The notes under the pieces were generated by a model. The model was not told where the DNA came from, ran no database searches, and was given only the letters and a program-made list of their open reading frames with translations. 64,000 nt of DNA from a virus, in the IMG/VR virus record IMGVR_UViG_2932987669_000001, positions 20,545-84,544 of that record; one strand, 5' to 3'. Within the stretch, counting starts at the first letter, position 1, and the number at the start of each line of letters is the position of its first letter. A program made the position numbers and the translations under genes. This document shows, piece by piece, positions 57,901-64,000 of the stretch.

Positions 57901-60226
57901 TTATGACGGTCTTGGCCGTGTCCGGGAAACCTGGAATCGACAAGCCAACGAAGCCAATGAATCGCTCGTGACGACCTTTTCTTACGACGTCAACAACCGC
58001 ATGTCCGAGGCGGTTCAGTACACCGATGGCGGCTTGCCGGTGACCTATACCTACAAGGATTTCGATGACGCCAACCGCCTGACGGGGATGAGGATCACCC
58101 TGCCTCAATTGGACGGGACCAGCCTTGAAGGTGTTGGGGCTCCCTTCGAGGTGATGCCCGGTGAACGTTCCTATGAGTTGGCCATCGCCTACGATGAAAT
58201 CGGCCGCGAGCGTTGGTTCCAGCATCCCGAGGGCGCCTATGAATCCTATGGCTACCACTACTACGGACAGCCGGAAAGCGTCTACTATGGGTTCGGCCCG
58301 AACCATCCCGAGGGGCCCGTCTTCGAGCACCTGATCGAACAAGCCCAATACAACCCGTACAGCGGACAACTGGTGGGCGCGGTTTGGGACCAAGGCGGCT
58401 GTGATTCCGAGGCATGTGGGCCCGCGCTTCAACGCATGACAGAGCCCGTGTCTGAGGCAGAGCAACGCAGGCCCGAATTGGACGAAACCCTGGTGCTCGA
58501 CGTGGCCGCGCTTTCTGAGGTGGCCGAACGCGGTCAAGAATCGGGGATGGGGGTTCTCAACACCTGGTGGCCGGATTCGATGGGACGAGCGGTTACGGTT
58601 CAGCTCTTCCCGCATGGCGGTGATCCCGAGTACCTGTATCGGCGGCTCCTCACGACCTACAACGAGTGGGGATTCATCGAATCGTTCTCTCGCGATGACC
58701 GCCTGTTTCCCAGCCGAACGGAGATCCGGCACGCCTACACGGATCGCGGGCAGTTGCATTCGTTTTCCGTGGACAACGAGGCCATCACTTATGGCTACGA
58801 CCAGGTCGGCAACCTGACCAGCCGCTCGGGGATGAGTTTCCACACGGGGACGTCCACGCTCGCGGTGGCCTCGCATTCAGCGAGCTTCGGTCAGGGCAAC
58901 CGATTCCATCGGGACGGTGGTTACACCTACGACGTTCAAGGCCGGTTGACCCAGACTCCGAACCATTCAGTGCGCTACAACCGCGCTGGCCAAATCTCCC
59001 AAGTCCTGAGCGACCGACGGGTCGATGGCGAACACCGCTCCGGTTCAGGGGATCGGCTTTTCCTTTACGACGCCTTCGGTCAACGCGTCGCTGCCGTGCG
59101 GGAGAACACGCAGACCGTAACTTACTCCATCCGCCACGCCGACGGCCGGATCATCACCGAGGAAGACTTCGCCACAGGCGCGGGCAACCAACTGAAGCAA
59201 CGGCGGCAGTACGTCACCCTCCAGGGCAAGGCCATCTATGTCGAAAAGGAGGATTTCCAAAACGGCAAGCCCATCCATGTGGAGAAGACCCACTATTTCC
59301 GCGATCGTCTCGGAAACCCGGTAGTGACCTGGAACGGTGAAACCAACGAAGTCATTACGGCGGCCTATGAACCCTACGGCCAACCACTGATCGAAGCGGC
59401 ACGCCACAAGGGGGCTCACGGCTTCACCGGGCACGATGAAGATCCCAACGGGCTGATCTACATGGGTGCGCGTTTCTACGATCCTGTAGCCGGATGTTTC
59501 ATGCAACCGGATCGTGCCCGCGACTTCAACCCGTATTTGCCCAACAGCTACAACCTCTATACCTATACTCATCAAAACCCAGTCAGCGGCACCGACCCGA
59601 ATGGGAATGCGGTAGAAACCGCCTGGGATGTCCTCAACATAGGGATCGGTGTCGCCTCTTTCGCCTACAACGTGCGCGAGGGCAACTGGCTCGATGCGGC
59701 CATAGATGCAGGCGGCGTGGTCGTCGATGGTCTGGCCGCTGCGGTTCCTGTTGTACCTGGCGGAGCCGGAACGGCCTTGAAAGTTCTGCGCAACGGTGAA
59801 AAAATCGTCGACACTGGAACTGATCTTGTCCGAGCTGCTGACAAAGCGAATGATGCGAAGAAAGCCGCCAATGCGGCTGATGACGCTGGGGATGCGGGAA
59901 AAGCTCTTGATAAAGCTGATAGCGCGGCTGACACTGCGAAAGGGGGAACCTACGTGTTGAAGGATCCCGAGACCGGACAAGTCATGAGAACTGGCCGGAG
60001 CAAGAATCTCAATCGTCGAAGGGGTGAGCACAGACGCCATCCCGACACAAAGGACCTGCAGTTTAAGGTCGACAAAAGAACTGATAGCTACCCTGAGCAA
60101 CGAGGAAGAGAACAAGTGATTCACGAAAAGTACAACCCGCCAATGAATAAGCAGAACCCAATTAGCGAGCGTAATTCCAGAAGACAGGAATACCTTGATG
60201 CGGCACGACAAATGGAGCAGCGATAA
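54938..60226 (+). CDS. rhs: Rhs/YD-repeat polymorphic toxin with N-terminal signal peptide and C-terminal GIY-YIG-like nuclease
   Basis: ATG 54938 with AGGAG; hydrophobic LLFFLLVLPLFA; YD repeats; core FTGHDED...YMGARFYDP..G.F...D and NPVSGTDPNG; tip GGTYVLKD...RTGRSKNLNRR..EH...EQ...N. Confidence 0.9.
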   Translation: MLFPSQFPRPIRTSLLFFLLVLPLFASETEQQENAVSRNPALTEPQNGVVALSSDANYLGADTTAPHTTVNEFTGKLNIALDPIGVPGMFLQPLYKSPQEKYCDDESGFRLCPMNEAPAGQGLGYGWSFNFGYILARNAIFGHGTTPSSSDWERVRFVDTAGNVSVFGRDGVFQADASNGGASDACLPDGCAPVHADIHFIDDQLRRITRARTLDGTSLEGFSQNSYFLMDPNGQRTEYQAVRRVTDWNNATAVRFYPVEIRLPNQRTLSISYVGGSDPDGTLPDSALIDRVADSFGRALQFHYEGDRLKRVTLESDQGSQLLRTFEYQTVQAAGQAFTVLHKVITPLGHETVFTTEDIGERVPYVTAMTLPTGGTVRYQYASQLFQYVEVDTSDCRAPRDDGCEVLTTRSRRYVRLRELSYAGGRYRFDYRQWTSDEERGTSWDEGRIDVTVTELNGGVAYERVTSYVNTPIHHTLFQTWDQSHVVGRPRTRTVTYRDSSYEETWTYTPPLTIGGHAGGDQVQVHALRRHSQREEQVWLDTDYHYSWFDEGGLDGQHFDVHFMQPTAVIRQARNGSHVLRKSFDYEHRAVRAFGEHDHTFDDPYALNLTSEVLETFQRGAIMETTGRTTYKYENAIFPFATEIRRWRNGDECERDTFAYYQTGPFRGLLLQQTHGDSTVVTSYHDYRFGVAQRMDHPEGVDTTRTINPGGSVATETVDGVTRSYAYDLDGRLTRTEQPDTADLITEYSQPRATHPYVTRFYRLDALQRNTAEMALPIVTRTKSGNTIPVMFRQFDTWGRETRETIRTIDWKPWNRDTTYTALGLIERKTNGLGGDWSYEYDVFGRPTRIYHTWRQASRILQDTSFAYARTADGGSVISQSTTAYGIDRALRRTKETDFLGRTTMASTNGQGTFFQYFPHTKGLEIKVRPFGNASLERTTVSTWLGQRLTETHPESAEPTHYAYNSRGLLENRYQGAAANPTTVTRFVYDGLGRVRETWNRQANEANESLVTTFSYDVNNRMSEAVQYTDGGLPVTYTYKDFDDANRLTGMRITLPQLDGTSLEGVGAPFEVMPGERSYELAIAYDEIGRERWFQHPEGAYESYGYHYYGQPESVYYGFGPNHPEGPVFEHLIEQAQYNPYSGQLVGAVWDQGGCDSEACGPALQRMTEPVSEAEQRRPELDETLVLDVAALSEVAERGQESGMGVLNTWWPDSMGRAVTVQLFPHGGDPEYLYRRLLTTYNEWGFIESFSRDDRLFPSRTEIRHAYTDRGQLHSFSVDNEAITYGYDQVGNLTSRSGMSFHTGTSTLAVASHSASFGQGNRFHRDGGYTYDVQGRLTQTPNHSVRYNRAGQISQVLSDRRVDGEHRSGSGDRLFLYDAFGQRVAAVRENTQTVTYSIRHADGRIITEEDFATGAGNQLKQRRQYVTLQGKAIYVEKEDFQNGKPIHVEKTHYFRDRLGNPVVTWNGETNEVITAAYEPYGQPLIEAARHKGAHGFTGHDEDPNGLIYMGARFYDPVAGCFMQPDRARDFNPYLPNSYNLYTYTHQNPVSGTDPNGNAVETAWDVLNIGIGVASFAYNVREGNWLDAAIDAGGVVVDGLAAAVPVVPGGAGTALKVLRNGEKIVDTGTDLVRAADKANDAKKAANAADDAGDAGKALDKADSAADTAKGGTYVLKDPETGQVMRTGRSKNLNRRRGEHRRHPDTKDLQFKVDKRTDSYPEQRGREQVIHEKYNPPMNKQNPISERNSRRQEYLDAARQMEQR

Positions 60227-60699
60227 TGCCAAGACGAAAGCTTCCCTATAAGGAAGGCGATTTTTTTGCCTTGCCCTTACGGACCTCGGGTTTCGGTGTA
60301 GGCATTGCCACCAGAATCAATGGAAAGGGCGGTATTATCGGCTACTTCCTGCCCGAAAAATACCCTGAAGTCCCCTCTCTTGATGAAGTTCAAGAAAAAC
60401 AATCAGGTGATACCTTTTTTATTGGTCATTTTGGAGATCTTGGTTTTTTTGATGGAGGGTGGAAGGTGATTGGTTCTTCTCCGTCTTGGGATCGCAAGAA
60501 GTGGCCCCTCCCATCATTTGTTCGAACCGACCTGATTTCAGGTAAGCATTACCGAATATCCTACCTGGAAAAGGATTTAGATACCGAAATTGAGTGCGTC
60601 CTAATTGGAGATGAAGAAGCTTCTCTACTTCCAGAGGATGGGGTATTCGGATACGGTGCGTTAGAAATCCGACTCACAAAGCTCCTAAATTCAAACTGA
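60226..60699 (+). CDS. Immunity protein, Imm26-like
   Basis: Overlaps the Rhs stop; YKEGDFFALPL..G.FG.G, FGDLG..DG.WKVIG, G..GYGALE..L. Confidence 0.8.
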   Translation: MPRRKLPYKEGDFFALPLRTSGFGVGIATRINGKGGIIGYFLPEKYPEVPSLDEVQEKQSGDTFFIGHFGDLGFFDGGWKVIGSSPSWDRKKWPLPSFVRTDLISGKHYRISYLEKDLDTEIECVLIGDEEASLLPEDGVFGYGALEIRLTKLLNSN

Positions 60700-61095
60700 T
60701 TCCAAAAATATGAGCGTCTAAAACAAGGGCGGCAAGGTATATGGCACGCAAAGGCGCCTGACTTTGCTGCCTTTTTTGTTCCAGAATGGCAAGTTTGGGA
60801 TCACATGCCGGCTGGGTGAAGGAAAAATGGAAAAGCCCTGGGTTGATGGCGTATTCGTGTCTGAGGTAGGACAGCTTTTTTATCTATTAAAGGGACACAA
60901 GCCCAGTTTGAATCTCAAAAAATGCGTCCCAAACTCCCGGCCTTAAATTTGATTCAACTCCAAAATCTGAGGAAAAGGCCCTGTACTTTAGTTGAGTATG
61001 TTGGGATCGGTATGGGGGGTGCTTGGCATGGATCATTCTTGTCGGGACTAATGATTCCATCCTGGATGCCCTTCTGGTGTGCTTTACCTAGTCAG

Positions 61096-63249
61096 TTAAT
61101 TTTCAGGATTTTCTTTGGAGATTGTATTTTTATCTGGGATGGATCTTGCGATCCGAATACCAGCATCGCGGTGATGCATCGGGCGCTCAGAAAATGGTTT
61201 TTCTGATAAATATATAGGGAGGGTGTCTCGGTGAGGAATAAGGTTCTGTGAGGATGCATTTTGCAAATTTTCTATACTTGGAATAGGTATATATGTTTCA
61301 CCATCCTTGCTTTTTTGCATTGCACTATTCCATATCCATTCAGGGAAGTTGTCGGTTATTCCGTAGAGCCCCAACTCTCTTAGGGTTAATGCTCTAATTG
61401 AAGTAACTACTGGAGGTGAGCTAGTGTTAAAAAATGATTTTAGTTGGATCTTTTCATTGCGATTGTCCTGAAATAGTGCTGGGTGAAAAATTTGCGCTGC
61501 ATATCTCCACTCATGATCACTTAGCAAGCGAAAGCCTGTTGAATCTTTAAGAAAGATGATCTTGTTTTTTTTGAATTCATACGCTTTCTCTAGATTGTTC
61601 ATTTCAGATAACCTATTACAAAAAAGCAATGACTCTCGCCAGGTTGTGCTGAAATTTGGGGAATCATTCTGGGCAAATGTTGAGCTCTTGGAAAATCGGT
61701 TTTTCTTACCTGTTTCGATGTAGTAACTTTTCATGGCAGATTGAAAAAGCTCTTTTGTTATTCTTGTTTCTGAAACCAAAAAGGGGTTGATTTTTTTAGG
61801 CTGACGCTCTAGAGGCGAGTGGAGATAAGATGGGTTATGTTCTGTTTCTGGGGGAAGAATAACTCCGCCTTCTACTCGAATCATTTTAGGATTAAAGCGC
61901 ATCACTTGGTCTCTGATTGCTGAATGTTGGTGTTTTATACTTTCGCTGTTTGTTTTTATGTCCTTCTTTGATGGTTCTTTTTCAAGATCAGCTGATCTTG
62001 CTTCTGTTTCAATAGATGACCCGCTTATGGGCTTGGTGACTCCAAGAACGTTATATACAAAAGGGGGAAAAGGGAGGATTATTTCACGATGCCCCCATGT
62101 GAACATTCCCTTTGATAATACCGTTAGTATTATCAATGCAATGACGGTTTTCTCTAGGTGTGAGACAAAGTTCTTGTGGATATTTAAAAGTTTTCTGTAA
62201 TCTTTTTCTTTCTTGTGCACGGGCAGGTGGCTATTCAAGTGTCTCAATTGATGAACGTTGATCCAAATATATAATCCTAAACAATGGTATACAATATAAA
62301 CTACCGTAGCGAGGCTGAATTTCAGAGATAAAAAATCAATCTTTAAGCCTAGCATAAATGGCGCCAGTGTAAATATTGCCATCCAGAGTACTTTTGCTCC
62401 AAAAAAGCCTGTGTACCTTTCTTCAATTATATTTTTAAGGTTGAATATTGTGTTTTCCTTATTTTGCGTATCTGATTCAAGCTTGCTGGGAAGGGGAACA
62501 GGGAGACTTTCTGCAAGAGCTTCCAGCGTTTGAATTGAGTCCTTTTCTAGTAAGGGAACCTCTCGCATTACTCCAAAAAAGCCTTCATATGTTCCCTCGG
62601 AGTTAATCATCGGAGATATTGAAATATCAACAAGAATTTCCGTTCTATTAATTGTTCGCCTGCTTGACCGAAAACGGACTGGTTTTTTTGATAACATTAC
62701 GTGATTCAATATTTTGTCCAGATGTTCATGGTATCTGTCTGGCACTAAAAAACTATTAACTGATTTGCCGACTACAGCAGCAGACTCAAATCCAAATAGT
62801 TTCTCAGCACCTTGATTCCAAAATAAAACAGTGCCGTCTATATCCAAAACACCAATAGCATCAATGCTTTGAGCAGCAAACCGAGTAAAGTATAATGCTT
62901 CAACTCTATTCTCAAGCCTTTCAAGTGTTTTGTAAAATGTTCTTACAAACATTACTGCCCCTGCTAGAAGCAAAAGTTTTACCAGAGAAACATAAAAGCC
63001 GTTATAAAAGTCGAAATCAAGAGTGAGAAATTCAACCCTGCGAGAGTTTGCGAGAGCCCAGTAGATAGAGTCGAGGAGTATTGCGATTGATAAAAAGATA
63101 AACCCCCAGTACACAGGGCCAAGAGACTTATTATTATTTATTAACGGCCTTGCCTTAAAATGAGAAGCAGTAACTGCAGGTACAACTATCCAGAGAATAA
63201 CTAACAACCAAAAAACGGTGATCATTAAAATGTTGGCTGCTTCATCCAT
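61096..63249 (-). CDS. AT-rich membrane protein: TM helices + PAS + TM helices + degenerate FGE-sulfatase (SUMF1-like) domain
   Basis: PAS: DAIGVLDIDGTVLFWNQGAEKLFG...VGK...VDISISP; FGE-like: PFLVSETRIT, TW.E...FCN.LS, GFRL....EW.YAA, GLY....N..EW.W, GIRIAR. Confidence 0.75.
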   Translation of the reverse strand: MDEAANILMITVFWLLVILWIVVPAVTASHFKARPLINNNKSLGPVYWGFIFLSIAILLDSIYWALANSRRVEFLTLDFDFYNGFYVSLVKLLLLAGAVMFVRTFYKTLERLENRVEALYFTRFAAQSIDAIGVLDIDGTVLFWNQGAEKLFGFESAAVVGKSVNSFLVPDRYHEHLDKILNHVMLSKKPVRFRSSRRTINRTEILVDISISPMINSEGTYEGFFGVMREVPLLEKDSIQTLEALAESLPVPLPSKLESDTQNKENTIFNLKNIIEERYTGFFGAKVLWMAIFTLAPFMLGLKIDFLSLKFSLATVVYIVYHCLGLYIWINVHQLRHLNSHLPVHKKEKDYRKLLNIHKNFVSHLEKTVIALIILTVLSKGMFTWGHREIILPFPPFVYNVLGVTKPISGSSIETEARSADLEKEPSKKDIKTNSESIKHQHSAIRDQVMRFNPKMIRVEGGVILPPETEHNPSYLHSPLERQPKKINPFLVSETRITKELFQSAMKSYYIETGKKNRFSKSSTFAQNDSPNFSTTWRESLLFCNRLSEMNNLEKAYEFKKNKIIFLKDSTGFRLLSDHEWRYAAQIFHPALFQDNRNEKIQLKSFFNTSSPPVVTSIRALTLRELGLYGITDNFPEWIWNSAMQKSKDGETYIPIPSIENLQNASSQNLIPHRDTLPIYLSEKPFSERPMHHRDAGIRIARSIPDKNTISKENPEN

Positions 63250-63758
63250 GATCGCTCTCCTGGTGATTTTCGATTGTTTTGGCTAGTTGTGTCTTTTTTT
63301 TAATTTACCCCTTTGTAAGAAAAATGCCACTGAAAATTTGCTAGGGATTGTAGAGTTTGTCGACGACCTCTGTGTGTTGTTAGGCGATATGAGAAATAGA
63401 CCCAATAGCAGCACGAAAAGCTGACTCCTCCTTGATGAGAAGAAGGGGAAAGGCTGCGAAGGAAAGGCCAAACTCGATGGATTACTTTGATTTGGAGAGA
63501 AAAGTCATGATCGATTCCGGTGATGCTAGGGTAATGCTCAAATTTCATCACAAAACTGGGGCGTGATGCGGATCGCTGAGGAACTCGGTATCTGTAAGCA
63601 CATGGCCAAACTGTAGGTCCAGCAAGGTGAATGGCAGCCGTACCAAAGTAAGTGTGTTGACGCTATCGGCAACGAACCCACCTTTGACCCGGGGAACGAG
63701 ACCCGGGCGATGCGCACGTGTCGGGTGCTGAGTTGATGCGAAGTCGGGCTCTGGGCAT

Positions 63759-63786
63759 AAAAAAAGACCCCCAATGGTGGGGGCCT
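63759..63786 (-). terminator. Rho-independent terminator
   Basis: Minus strand AGGCCCCCA-CCAT-TGGGGGTCT followed by a T-tract. Confidence 0.7.
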
Positions 63787-63813
63787 GTGTTTCTCATCGT
63801 GTTGTCGTGAGGA

Positions 63814-63975
63814 TTATTCGGTGAATTGAGTTGGGTCTTCGGGGAGGTTCATCAGTTCCATCAACGGCTCCTCGTACAACGCCCAGATCAAACGGTGGAT
63901 TTCCTACAACTGTTCGAGGAGGTTCCAGATGATCCAAATCGGTTCAGAGGGTCTCGGCTTGGAACGATCAGTCAT
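63814..63975 (-). pseudogene. Small ORF with internal amber stop
   Basis: GGGAGG RBS, ATG 63975, MTDRSKPRPSEPIWIIWNLLEQL*EIHRLIWALYEEPLMELMNLPEDPTQFTE; TAG at 63904-63906; terminator downstream. Confidence 0.4.
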
Positions 63976-64000
63976 GAGCGCCTCCCGCTTCCGCCGCCTC

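Noticed and set aside
60700-61090. Orphan Rhs tip/immunity modules after Imm26
   Set aside because: Only short ORFs with no Rhs core remnant or recognisable immunity motif.
61096-63249. Diversity-generating retroelement targeting the FGE domain
   Set aside because: No reverse transcriptase or template repeat in the window.

Overview
Positions ~1-53,200 hold the integrase, packaging, head and tail modules of a GC-rich, Myoviridae-like prophage or phage-derived element. In order it encodes a Xer-type recombinase, TerL, portal, MuF-like minor head protein, capsid, neck, sheath, gp19-like tube, tape measure, split VgrG-like hub/spike, PAAR, gp25, baseplate J and a DUF4815-like fibre. The tail resembles extracellular contractile injection systems (eCIS) but is joined to a full DNA-packaging head. 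Main observations: (1) one ORF fuses a D12-class DNA adenine methyltransferase to the prohead protease and scaffold, suggesting a capsid-loaded methylase; (2) five copies of a fixed-spacing bipartite motif (GRNYCG-N15-CTGTARTTAGTCC) precede the structural operons, and four are coupled to hairpins that mask the next ribosome-binding site; (3) three cargo blocks sit directly upstream of motif copies: a frameshifted LRR-Roc-COR gene, a PadR/membrane/nuclease-TPR-PIN block, and an anti-phage dCTP deaminase. Right of the element are a candidate structured RNA, a PP2C phosphatase, a signal-peptide Rhs toxin with a GIY-YIG-like tip plus Imm26-like immunity, and an AT-rich PAS/FGE membrane protein. 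No replication, repressor, small terminase or late-activator gene was recognised; the window starts at the recombinase stop codon, so these may lie to the left. All family calls come from visual motif recognition; no database searches were run.
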